This document shows, one piece after another, positions 38,841 through 51,063 of a stretch of DNA of 64,000 bases. Each line of letters opens with the position of its first letter. Position 1 is the stretch's first letter. The stretch covers positions 23,808,001-23,872,000 of the forward strand of contig CM126224.1 of the NCBI GenBank assembly GCA_052327205.1, given 5' to 3'. Source of the DNA: Somniosus microcephalus. Taxonomy: Eukaryota. The notes under the pieces are model-generated. The model did no database searches. It had not been told where the DNA came from and was given only the letters and a program-made list of their open reading frames with translations. The position numbers were made by a program, and so were the translations under genes.

Positions 38841-39265
38841 GGGACGGAGTCTCAAAAATAAATTTACCATCATTATATTCAACAGCACTCATGTTGTAAG
38901 AACGAAATAATAAATTCTCCAAATTGCCATATTGCCTGCATGATCTACAAGGTTTCCCCAATTTAACAAAGGGGGATGACATCCACACAGATGTAAAGAG
39001 GAAACTTTGCTAATTTAACAATTTTATGATGCTAATTATTCCGCCCACTTGTCAGAACGACTGACAAAATTTCTCAGACTTTCTCCCAAATCATCTTGAA
39101 AGTATTTTCTGTAGCAATCATGAGAGAGACAGGAGAAGTGACCCAGAAAAGCACAGAGCTAGGAAAGAGAAAAGCGAGTATGAAATATAGTTTTCAATGG
39201 CGGTTTCTTTTGTGACCTTTCTGCAAATGACCCTGAATCTGTGGTGTTCAAACTTTCCTGCGTGG

Positions 39266-41918
39266 AGAAACATAGAAGATAGGAGCAGGAGTAGGCCATT
39301 CGGCCCTTCAAGCCTGCTCTGCCATTCAATGTGATCATGGCTGATCATCCAAATTCAGTACCCTGTCCCTGCCTTTTCCCCATATCCCTTGATCCCTTTA
39401 GCCTCAAGAAATATATCCAACTCTTTCTTGAATATATTTAATGAACTAGCCTCCACCGCCCTCTGTGGCAGAGAATTCCACAGGTTCACCACTCTCTGGG
39501 TGAAGAAATTCCTCCTCATTTCAGTCCTAAATGGCTTACCCCTTATCCTTAGACTATGACCCCTGGTTCTGGACTCCCTGGCCATCAGAAACATCCTTCC
39601 TGCATCTAGTCTGTCCAGACCTGACAGAATTTTATAAGTTTCGATGAGATCCCCTCTCAATCTTCTAAACTCCAGTGAGTATAAGCCCAATCGACACAAT
39701 CTCTCCTCATACGTCATTCCTGCCATCCCAGGTATCAGCCTGGTGAATCTTCGCTGCACTCCCTCCATGGCAAGAACGTCCTTCCTCAGGTAAGGTGACC
39801 AAAACTGCACACAATACTCAAGGTGCGGTCTCACCAAGGCCCTGTACAACTGTAGCAAGACATCCTTGTTCCTGTACTCGAACCCTCTTGCTACGAAGGC
39901 CAACATACCATTTGCCTTCTTAACCGCCTGCTGCACCTGCATGCTTACCTTCAGCGACTGGTGCACAAGGACACCCAGGTCTCTTTGCACTTCCCCTTCT
40001 CCCAATCTATTGCCATTCAAATAATAATCTGCCTTCCTGTTTTTGCCACCAAAGTGGATAACCTCACATTTATCCACATTATAGTGCATTTGCCATGTTT
40101 CTGCCCAATCACCCAACCTGTCCAAATCGTACTGGAGTTTCCCGACATCCTCCTCGCAGCTTACACTCCCGCCCAGCTTTGTGTCGTCTGCAAATTTGGA
40201 GATATTACATCCAATTCCCTCGTCCAGATCATTAATATATATTGTGAACAGCTGGGGTCCTAGGACCGATCCTTGCGGTACCCCACTAGTCACTGCCTGC
40301 CACTCGGAAAATGACCCGTTTATTCCAACTCTTTGCTTTCTGTCTGCCAACCAGTTCTCTATCCAAGTCAATACCTTGCCCCCAATCCCATGTGCCTTAA
40401 TTTTGCACGCTAATCTCTTATGTGGGACCTTATCGAAAGCCTTCTTAAAGTCCAAATACACCACATCCACTGGTTCTCCCTTATCTATTTTACCAGTTAC
40501 ATCCTCAAAAAATTCCAGTAGATTAGTTAAGCACGATTTACCTTTTGTAAATCCATGTTGACTTTGTCCGATCCTGTCACTGCTTTCCAAGTGCTCTGCT
40601 ATTACATCTTTTATAATAGACTCTAGCATTTTCCCCACTACCGATGTCAGGCTTACCGGTCTATAATTCCCCGCTTTTTCTCTACCACCTGTTTTGAATA
40701 GTGGGGTAACATTAGCTACCCTCCAATCCATGGGTACCGTTCCAGAGTCTATCGAGTTCTGGAAGATGACCAGTAATGCATCTACTATCTCTAGGGCCAC
40801 TTCCTTAAGTACCCTGGGATGTAGACCATCAGGCCCTGGGGATTTATCGGCCTTCAGTCCCATCAATTTTCCTAACACCATTTTCCTACAAATACTGATT
40901 TCTTTCAGTTCCTCTCTTTCATCAGATCCTATGTTCCCCGGCATCTCTGGGAGGTTATTTGTGTCCTCCTTTGTGAAGACAGAACCAAAGTATGTATTTA
41001 GTTGGTCTGCCATTTCCTTGTTTCCCATTATAAATTCCCCTGATTCTGACTGTAAGGGACCTACGCTTAACTTCACCAATCTTTTTCTCTTCACATATCT
41101 ATAAAAGCTTTTACAGTCAGTTTTTATGTTCCCTGATAGCTTACTCTCATATTCTATTTTCCCTTTCTTAATTAATCCCTTTGTCCTCCTTTGTTGACTC
41201 CTAAACTGCTCCCAATCCTCAGGATTATTGCTTTTTCTAGCCAATTTATATGTCCTTTCCTTGGATCTTATGCTATCCCTAATTTCCCTTGTTAGCCATG
41301 GTTGAGTCACCTTTTTTGTTTTATTTTTATGCCAAACTGGGATGAACAAATTCTGTAGCTCATCCATTCAGTCTTTGAATGTTTGCCATTGCCTATCCAC
41401 CGTCAACCCTTTGAGCGCCATTCCCCACTCAATCCTACCCAACTCGCTCCTCAGACCATCGTAGTTTCCTTTATTTAAATTTAGGACTCTTGTCTCTGAG
41501 TCAACTACTTCATTCTCCATCTTAATGAAGAATTCGATCATATTATGATTGCTCCGACCCAAGGGGCCTTGTACAACAAGATTGCTAATTAATCCTTTCT
41601 CGTTACATAATACCCAGTCTAAGATGGCCTGATCTCTGGTTGGTTCCTCGACATATTGGTCCAGGAAACCATCCCATAAACACTCCAGGAATTCCTCCTC
41701 CACAGTATTGTTATTAATTTGGTTGGCCCAATCTATATGTAGATTAAAGTCACCCATGATGACTGCTGTGCCCTTATTGCACGCTTCTTTAATTTCCCTT
41801 TTAATGCAATCCCCAACCTCCACCTTACTGTTTGGAGGTCTATATACCACTCCCACTAATGTTTTTTTCCCCTTAGTATTTCTCAATTCTACCCATACAG
41901 ATTCCACATCATCAGAGC
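39266..41918 (-). mobile_element. Young 5'-truncated CR1 LINE; ORF2 (partial APE endonuclease plus RT) with one in-frame stop
   Basis: 41368-41907 (VVYRPP, MGDFN, ILDWVL, SNHNMI) is in frame with 39355-41367 (KSPGPDG, NYRPVSLTS, YLDFKKAFDKV, GVPQGSVLGP, FADDTK), separated by a TGA at 41368-41370. CR1 3' UTR and tail present. Confidence 0.96.
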
Positions 41919-42469
41919 CTTTTCAAATACTGGTGTATGGAGTGTGAACTTCCAAAAGTCCGTTTCCAAACATAAACCGTGCTATGATTGCAGAAAATAT
42001 TTTTATTAGTATACAGCAACAGGTATTCCCATCAGGTGGGCAGGTGGCCTGATCACAGGTCTCTCTGTATGCAGCTTGCATTAAGTGCTTGGTTGTGCAT
42101 AGAGGTGGACCAGAATGATACATTTGCCAATTTTCCTTCGCCCTCAAATGGAGAAGTAAGTAGCCTCTCCTTAGCACCTGCCCTGGCAGCACTGCTAAGA
42201 TGGTGAACTCATTATATGGCAAATCACAGAGGTGAACCCGTACCCTACCATTCAGTGACACAGTAACAGCAGTGCCGACAAATTTCACCATCACACCAAA
42301 CATACCAAAGCCATCTTGTGCTGTTTAAATATTTGTCACTATATTTGCAGCAGCAAATAGAGGGTCAGATCTAGTCTGGGATGTGTTAAAATGTGACCTT
42401 CATGCATTACTGTACATTTCCCTGAATTGAATTTCATAATTAGATACAGCATAGAAAGGAAGGAAGCAA

Positions 42470-42812
42470 CTTAGGAACAGGAGTAGGCCATTCAGCCCCT
42501 CGAGCCTGTTGGGCCATTCAATTAGATCATGGCTGATTTGTACCTCAACTCCATTCACCTGCCTTTAGAAACATAGAAACATAGAAGATAGGAGCAGGAG
42601 TAGGCCATTCGGCCCCTCGAGCCTGCTCCGCCATTCTGAGATCATGGCTGCTCATCCAAATTCAGTACCCTGTCCCTGCTTTCTCCCCATATCCCTTGAT
42701 CCCTTTAGCCTTAAGAAATAATCCCTTGATACCCTTACCTAACAATTATCGACCTACCTCAGTTGTGAATTTTTCAATTGACCTAGCCTCTACAACTCTT
42801 TAAGGGAGAGAG
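42470..42812 (-). mobile_element. Two nested CR1 3' ends (young copy ~42567-42720 inside an older subfamily)
   Basis: Two successive AGGAGTAGGCCATTC.GCCCCTCGAGCCTG 3'-UTR motifs. The outer copy resumes at ~42721. Confidence 0.75.
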
Positions 42813-43747
42813 CGCGTCATCCATACCCATTTTCAGAGGTACCTCTCACCATGATGATTCGGACACCTCCCAGTCCACAAGTTGGGCGTCTGGTTTACAA
42901 TCAAATCCCCAACATGTTTGTGCCCCTCTACTCACCTCTTTCCCCTCACATTGCCTTTCTGCTGTGCTGCATCACCCATTGATGAAAAATGAATGATCTT
43001 TATGCTGTACATTCATTTTTTTAGTATTTTATAATACAATTAGGTAGGGTCTGAATACTACACCTGGATTATAACATCAGGTCTCATTATAAATATGAGA
43101 GTTATAAGAAAAAAGTTTTAAATACTGACAGGAAGAACACCCACAAAACTGTGTAGAAATGTTTTGACACTTCCCATCACAATGGTGGATAATTATCACT
43201 AAATTGCAAATAATAAAATACGATATTTGCAAACCGTACAAATTGTGACAAAAATAAAAGTCACACGATGCATTCCTGATGTCACATCGGTTTAAAAAAC
43301 TTTCCCAGAGCACTGTGGTCTGTAACATATACGTCGCAATATAGCTTAAAGCTATTGTGTGCAAAAATAAATAAATGTTACAGAGAGGTAGCTCCATTAC
43401 ATAAAGTTTATGAAGTGGTTTTCTTTTTCCAGTCCTTGGAAAATGGAACTATAAATAAGCTTCCTACTAAGCCACAAAAGGGGCCAGTGAGACACATCCT
43501 GTAGATGGAGCAAACCAATCTGTGAACTCACCCTGCCTTCAGATATTTAGAGCCCTTGGTCAACACTCAAGAAACGACATACGTAACATTTAATGTAGAA
43601 TCATAGAATGATACAGCACGGAAGAAGGCCATTCGGCCCATCGTGCCTGTGCTGAATGTGATTACTAAGGATGTAATGAAATGGCATCGAGCAGTCTTAA
43701 TCCCAAATACACTACTCAAATGTCTTAGAGCTAAATTCTAAAATTAA

Positions 43748-44562
43748 GGGCAGGATTTTAACTCAGGAGTCGGGTAGGAGGCGGGACTACAACTTTCGGG
43801 GTTGTAGTCCCGCCTCCATCGAGATGCGGCCAATCCATGCGATTTTAACTTGATTTACCTTGTTGAGCCCGCCCAGCAGGTTCAGCAGGCCAATTAAGGG
43901 CCACCCGACAACAGAGAGATTTTGACAGATGAAATATCAGCGTTTCACAGCTGTTTGAAGCTGTCAAACACAGACAGTCTTACTTCTAACCTGAGTCATT
44001 CTCCACAGACTCAGTTAGAAATCTCTCCTGCACAGAAAGCTGAAGACTGTCACTTTTGACAGTTCGCAGCCATTCTGCTTTCTGTGCTGGTGAGATGAGG
44101 GACTCCCGAGACCTAAAGGAAGGAAGGCTGAAAAGGTAAGAAAAGGTAATTTAAACTTCTTTAATCACTTTAGACACACCAAACACACTTACCTTTGCAC
44201 TCATGCACACATTACTCACCTGAACACCGACATCTCGACACCTCCAAGTCCTTCAACCCGATGGCCCGCCTCCTCTAACTTGGCGTGGTTTGGAGCCGTC
44301 GGGAATCCCACACTTCAACCTTAAAAATCGGGATTAGGCTAAAAACTACCTGTTAACTACCTGTTAACAGGCAGTTAATTGGCACTAATCCCTTCCCGCC
44401 TTGGGTAGGCGGGTCCCAGTGCGGGTCGGATACCCGCCTCCTTTGAAACTGGCATGGAGGAGGGTTTGGGTGCGGGATGGGGGCGGGACCCCTGATTTTG
44501 GGATTTTAACCCCCCCCCCACGCCTCCAATCCCGACTTCATGGCCCAATGAAAATCCTGCCC
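43748..44562. mobile_element. Non-autonomous DNA transposon, PIF/Harbinger-like
   Basis: Perfect 12-bp TIR GGGCAGGATTTT (43748-43759) / AAAATCCTGCCC (44551-44562). TAA on both sides (43745-43747, 44563-44565). Confidence 0.85.
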
Positions 44563-46288
44563 TAAGAGTGGATGGAAAAGCACTATTTACTCTAATTTAG
44601 CTCCGACAACTCTAAGAATAGGGTTGATGGGAATTTTGAGGCACTGTGAAAGGGGTTCACAGCCATCGGTGGCATAGGCCACAACTAGCAAGGTCCATCT
44701 TACTATCACTGGATGTACAACTAAACCACTTTAACTCTTTAACATAGTTATCATTTGCAGTAACAGTTTGAATGTGGATAATAGGTATACTCACTGTTTA
44801 TTTCAAGATTCACATTGTTACCAGAACAGGTTATATTTTTCCCTTTCATTTATTCCTATTATACAATCTACTGCCGATAATTCAGTCATTACTTGCACTA
44901 AAAAGGTTGAATTATCGAGTAATTTGAATTAAGCAATGTAAATGACACAGGAAAGTTGGAATTTAGTGCTGAAAAAAAGTCAAATCATCAGATTACTAAC
45001 TTTGAATTATTCAGAGTAGACTGCATTCTTCTGTTCCTGAAAAGTTACCTGATACTCATCAGAAAGATGAAATCTGGTCATTTTTCTCCTCCCCTAACTT
45101 TAAAATTAGGAGATCAATTGTACCAGCTTCCTTCTCCTCCAGCCAACAATGGTTAAACTCAGCACAGACAGGGGATTGAACCTGGTCTGTATCACCGAGC
45201 CACATGGTGCATTTCCCCACTGAACTCCCTGGGACTTGAGAGCAGGGGAGTACAGTGATTCAGGACTATTTTATCTTCTTTTAAAAATGTAGAGATTATT
45301 GGCCATTTTCATAAATGCACACAACCACATTTACTTACAGAAAAAGGCTAAAATATCAAGCTTAAAACTATTACTGAAACTCTTATATTCTCAATCAGCT
45401 CAGCTTTATAAAGTGAGTATTGTACATGCCAAAACTCTTAAAAGGTTATAAGAATCTTTATCGTTGCAGTATTTTGTGTTAGAAATGTAGTAAACCTGCT
45501 GCAATAAGCAATCTGCCTTTTTATATTGCTTCTTCAGGAGAACAACAACAGATTTCTGGGCAACAGCTAACAAACCGAATCTGGTTTTCTCTGACTAATC
45601 AGAACATTTTTGCCACAGCAAATAGAATTACTAGAAGGCAACAATGACAAAACAAAAAGTCAATATTGTATTAACACATTGCCCTTAATCTTAATATTGT
45701 GTTCTGGCATCCATTCCTATAATCACCTGCAAGGTAGAATCGTCGAAATAATTTGGCATGGTCTGAAGATTTCCACCATGTAAAGTATGCAAAAGTACAT
45801 AAGAAAGTTTAGATAAAAGGATTAACATGCTTAGCTTAAAGCAAATCTCATGTGTCCACAAATCTTGGAACAGGGATGTCATAACATACATTGAACTAAA
45901 GGATTAGTGAATAGCACTCAAGTTTATCATAGATCTGTGCCAATTTTACCAAATGCTCTGGCATTCTTAGAGGTCAATTTAAGAACTATGTGAGTAACTT
46001 TAATGGTTAAATAAGATTATGCCCTTAATTTTTACATGTAATATAACTAAACTATATATTGAACTAGGCTTATGTGTCACAGTATCAAATACTTCTAAAA
46101 TGCATAAACTCTCCACCTATGTAATACCCGATAGTTAAGTATATATAATATATACACATTCAAACAATAAAACTGCTTATTGCATAAATGTCCAACTAAA
46201 GTTTCTGTTATTTTGGGAAGGTGTGGTAATCAGAATATTATCAGACTGAGAATTTCTATGTCCAGACAAGCCAACTGTGGTGGGAGAG

Positions 46289-46721
46289 GAAACATAGAAA
46301 CGTAGAAGATAGGAGCAGGAGTAGGCCATTCGTCCCCTCGAGCCTGCTCCGCCATTCAATGAGATCATGGCTGATCATCCAAATTCAGTACTCTGTCCCT
46401 GCTTTCTCCCCATATCACTTGACCCCCTCAGCCTTAAGAAATACATCTAACTCCTTCTTGAACATATTTAATGAATTGGCCTCAAGTGCCTTGTGTGGTA
46501 GAGAATTCCACAGGTTCACCACTCTCTGGGTGAAGAAATTCCTCCTCATCTCAGTCCTAAATGGCTTACTCCTTATCCTTAGACTGTGGCCCCTGGTTCT
46601 GGACTCCCCCGCCATCGGGAACATCCTTCCTGCATCTAGTCTGTCCAGTCCTGTTAGAATTTTATAAGTTTCAATGAGATCCCCTCTCATTCTTCTAAAC
46701 TCCAGCGAGTATAAGCCTAAT
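46289..46721 (-). mobile_element. Young CR1 3' fragment
   Basis: Peptide MRGDLIETYKIL...RRNFFTQRVVNLWNSLP, near-identical to the 39266 copy. Confidence 0.92.
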
Positions 46722-46799
46722 AGAGATTTTTTTCCCCACCTTTTCTTTTTCTCTCCCTCCTATTGGTCTACCAAACTGGAAAGTCCTGCCTCATGCCTT

Positions 46800-47535
46800 T
46801 TACAAAGAAAAGAAAGAACTCACATATATAGCACCTTCCATGCCCTCAGCACATCCCATAACACTTCACAGCCAATTAATTGCTATTGAAGTATAGCCAC
46901 TGTTATTTTTGTAGGCAAATGCAGCAGCCACTTTGCAAGGCCTCATAGACAGCAGTGAGATAAATAACAGGTCAATCAGTTTTTGCGGGTACAATAGCAA
47001 AATACTGCGGATGCTGGAAATCTGAAATAACAACAGAAAACGCTGGAAAAACTCAGCAGGCCAGGCAGCATCCGTGGAGCGAGAAACAGAGTTAATGTTT
47101 CAGGTCGATGACCTTTCGTCAGAACTGGAAAAAAGCAGGAAATGGGACAGATTTAAAAGCAAGTTTAGGGGCTGGGAAATGGGGGAGGGGATGAAGGCAG
47201 GAGAAGTAAAGAGGCATTAAGAGATATTCAAGGCAAGAGGAGATGGTAATGGGACAGGTTAAGAGACAAAGGATGGCTCTAGATGAAGTGTGAATTGCGC
47301 TGGCAGAATGAAAGACAGCTGCCCTGTGGGAGGGGGAAAAAAAGCACAAACAAAAAGTGTGGATAAAAAATATAAATATGATTTTGCAGGTGTTGTTTGC
47401 AGGTATTGATTGAGGGATAAGTGTTGGTCAGAAATTGGAGAATTCCCCAGCTTTTCTTCAAATAGTGCCATTGGATCTTTTAGATTTACCTGAACAAGTA
47501 GACAGGGCCTTGGTTTAACATCTCATCCAAAAGAA
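46800..47535 (-). mobile_element. SINE family A copy interrupted by a Penelope-like terminal fragment (46991-47381)
   Basis: SINE halves at 46800-46990 and 47382-47535. Flanking repeat TTTTGC(G/A)GGT at 46981-46990 and 47382-47391. Confidence 0.7.
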
Positions 47536-48366
47536 ATATAGGCATCTACAGGATTAAAAGGACAATGGAATAGGTCTAGCTGCCCTGTCCCAGTGTCTAA
47601 CGAATATCATATTCTACGGATCTTCTCATATCCATCCATCATTTTTTTTCTCTAGGAATTGATCCAACTCTCTCTTGAATTTGTTGATATAATCAACCCC
47701 CAAGGCCTAGCAGTCCATTCCATACATTCATCACTCTCTTGAGTAAAGCAGTTTGTCAACACTACTCTATCGCCAGTTACTAGCCACTTTCTGACTTTCC
47801 CTCCCTGCCTCACCTCCAACCAGTTCAACACCTTCCCCAATGGTTATCTAGGATCAAAAACTCACTGAGTAGGGAAATGCGAATATGAAATAACATCTGA
47901 GCCCACCAGTATGCTCCGCCACCAGATAATCCTATAAAAGATCCAAACCTTTTTGTTTCCAAAACAGTGAGATGGGAGAATGCAATTCACAATGCTGCAT
48001 AGCTTGCTCATGATGTAAATAATGCGTGGGTGTTCCAACTGCTGTCTCTCCCACTCTTTTAACATGAAAATGTCACATAAAAAGGTTTGCTTTTATTATT
48101 TTAACCCCTTAATACCACTTCTGAAACCTTCTTCCATTAGAGATGGTATTAAAAAATATAATGCATCATTGATAAGAATCTTGCAAAACATTAAATACTG
48201 CAACATCTGTGAAGTTCTTCCAATGGTTTTTTTTCCTGTACTAAAAATGACCAGTTTGTCTGGAAAGATGCAAAAATAAAAAAAAGGAAAAGACCCTTCC
48301 CCACCATGGCTCAATATTCACGTATTGTGGTACTGAGTCATACAGACCAGTAGAGTTACATGTTCA

Positions 48367-48730
48367 TAAGAACATAAGAACCTAAGAAATAGGAGTAGGA
48401 GTCGGCCATTTGGCCCTTCAAGCCTGCTCCGCCATTCAATAAGATCATGGCTGATCTTCTACCTCAGCTCCACTTTCCTGCACTATCCCCATATCCCTTG
48501 ATTCCCATAATATCCAAAAATGTATTGATCTCTGTCTTGAATATACTCAACGACTGAGCCTCCACAGCTCTCTGGGGTAGAGAATTCCAAAGATTCACAA
48601 CCCTTTAAGTGAAGAAATTTCTCCTCATCTCAGTCCTAAATGGCCTACCCCTTATTCTGAAACTGTGACCCCTGGTTCTGGACTCCCCAGCCAGCAGAAA
48701 CATCCTCCCTGCATTTACCCTGTCAAACCC
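48367..48730 (-). mobile_element. CR1 3' fragment inserted in a family C SINE
   Basis: (CATAAGAA)n tail. TGTTCA duplicated at 48361-48366 and 48731-48736. Confidence 0.85.
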
Positions 48731-50505
48731 TGTTCAATTCCTGCTGTGTGCTTAGCCAGCCAGTCTCTGCTGGGGAGATGTGGTGTGGGGGTTGCACAAA
48801 TGGTCACACTATTCCCCACCCCTTCCCCCAGCTTACGAAGAATAAAAGAACAGCAGATTAAGATCCCACTCCTGATTGCTATTTAGCAACCCCTAATGGA
48901 ATGTGCATGGCTGGAGATTGGGTGAGAACAGGATCAGGCCTGGCTTCAATGATCCTCATGGTTCAACGAGTCTCCGAGACTCACCATCCAGGCTCACACT
49001 TGAAAAATGTCACGGGTCCTCTGCTGTCTACTGTATCATATCATGAGTTACTGCTGTCAGGGGAAAAGGGACAAAGGAGGACATCGGAGAGATAGAATCA
49101 TAGAATGATACAGCACATAAGGAGGCCATTCAGCCCATCATGCCTGTGTAAGCAGCATATATAATTGGAAGGCGAAAAAAGGAGGTAAAAGCAAGCAATG
49201 TGTATCTATAGATATGAAAAAGTTGATGGCCATGTTACTCGGCTCAAGTGGTGGGATCCATCACTTCTTATTTGGACCACTAAATTGAACAGCATTTCAG
49301 CTCAGGAGGGGTAAAATCAGCAGGACACATATCTGACCTGCAATATATATTTCTGATGCAGCGTGCCCGTGGCTACAGCCAAAGACCAGGCAGTCCAAAA
49401 GTCTTGTCTGAAGGAAGACATCACAGAGGCAGGAAAACAGCAATAGAAGATATAACAGGAGTCAAACTACTGGTTGCTAAAGGTGTAAGATAGTTTTCTG
49501 TTTTAACCGTACACAGCAGCAAATAGTGGGACTCGATGTGAGACAAAGCACACTGCATTCCCCTCAACTATTTCATTAGTTGTTGTCCTAACTCTATTTT
49601 CTTCAGCTGCTGAGGTTACAGAAAGACTAAGCTAAGCCTCTCGCCTCCATATTGTTGCCTTCATTTTGCTGATGGGAGAATTAATTTTCCCAGAAAATAG
49701 GAGGCCTCTATTTGTTCAGTAAACTGAGAAATAGTTTTTAAGTACCAGCAATCTAAACATGGAGAGAATGAGGGTGTATTCTGATCCTCCCAACCTTAAC
49801 ACAATTCCCTAATGACGTGCTCTCCCCAAAAATTCTTCACACTGCTGAATTAGCTCCTCAACAGCTGCTGTGCAAGGAGGAGGATGACTGGAGGGAAGAA
49901 GAAAAAAACGAATGCAGGTTAATCGAAATCTGGTTAAGAAAATCTGCAAATGTTTAGGAACTTTCAAAACAGATGCTGCTGTCGCTCAGTGTTGAACGGC
50001 ACTAACACTAAAGATGCTGTTGCCATTCAGATGTGCATGAGGCAGTTAAAACACTTCATGCTTAATGCTGGATTCTGATTCTTTAACAAATGTTGGGCTC
50101 CTTTGTTTGAAGAATTTAAGAATGGGAAAACATTTGGAACACAGGAATGCAAAGCATATAATGCTTGATTGCATTTGCAAATACTGCGCTTAATTTAACT
50201 GACTGAGCAAATTTGAGATGTGATTGGAATGGTAAATGCAGTTATGAAATAAAGGCTCAGTTAACTACAAAAGACAATTGTGTGATCACAGCTCAAAAAT
50301 GCAGAGATCCACAAACCAGCACTCTTAAATTCTGACTCCGCATTAGTTACTATTGCAATTATTGATCTAATTATTTTACTAACTTTTGTCACATTTCCTT
50401 TTTTGAACTTAATTTCACATTTCATTCATTCCGTGCCTAGTGTCCCAGAAGGAATTTGGAGTATTTGCTGGCAAAATAAAAAGAATGACGTATGCAGCTT
50501 TGGAA

Positions 50506-51063
50506 GGGGGCTGCTGTTGACCTTTGGTTGCCCGTATCCACGGTGAAGAGACGGCCACGATTTTGAGGCACCGGCCTCATTTCAATCGAGCCAGTGAGCG
50601 GCCCGCCAAATGGGAATCGCGATGCAGCTCGCCAGATTAAGGCTGGCTAATATCGGGCTGCCTCGGCTGCCATCAGGGATGGCCGCAATCCCGAGTGGGG
50701 TTCCCAGGACAGCAGTGGCCAAGATTATTTTTGTGAGGTGTGGAGGAGATCTCCTGCTTCTTCCACAAAAAATAATATTGAACTTACCTTGGCTGGGCCC
50801 CGTCTCCTCTATCGACCATGGGAATGAGTAGAGTGTTGCTGCAACCATTTCCAAACTAAAATGGCAATCGGGGTCCTCGTTTTGCATATTGAAATGGGCC
50901 TACCGCCTGAAACAAGCAGGCGCATTGGGCAACAGGTGGTAAGCCCCTTTCAAATTGATGCCAGCCTCCTTGTTGGTGTTAACGGGGCAGTGAGGCTTTC
51001 AACCCCATTCTGAGCTCATTACCATCCCCGTTAATGCCAGGCGAAGCAAGTGAAATCGGCCCC
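50506..51063. mobile_element. Decayed GC-rich MITE-like element
   Basis: Ends GTGAAATCGGCCCC. Internal inverted motifs (GGCCTCATTTCAAT / ATTGAAATGGGCC). Similar in style to ~29960-30620. Confidence 0.5.
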
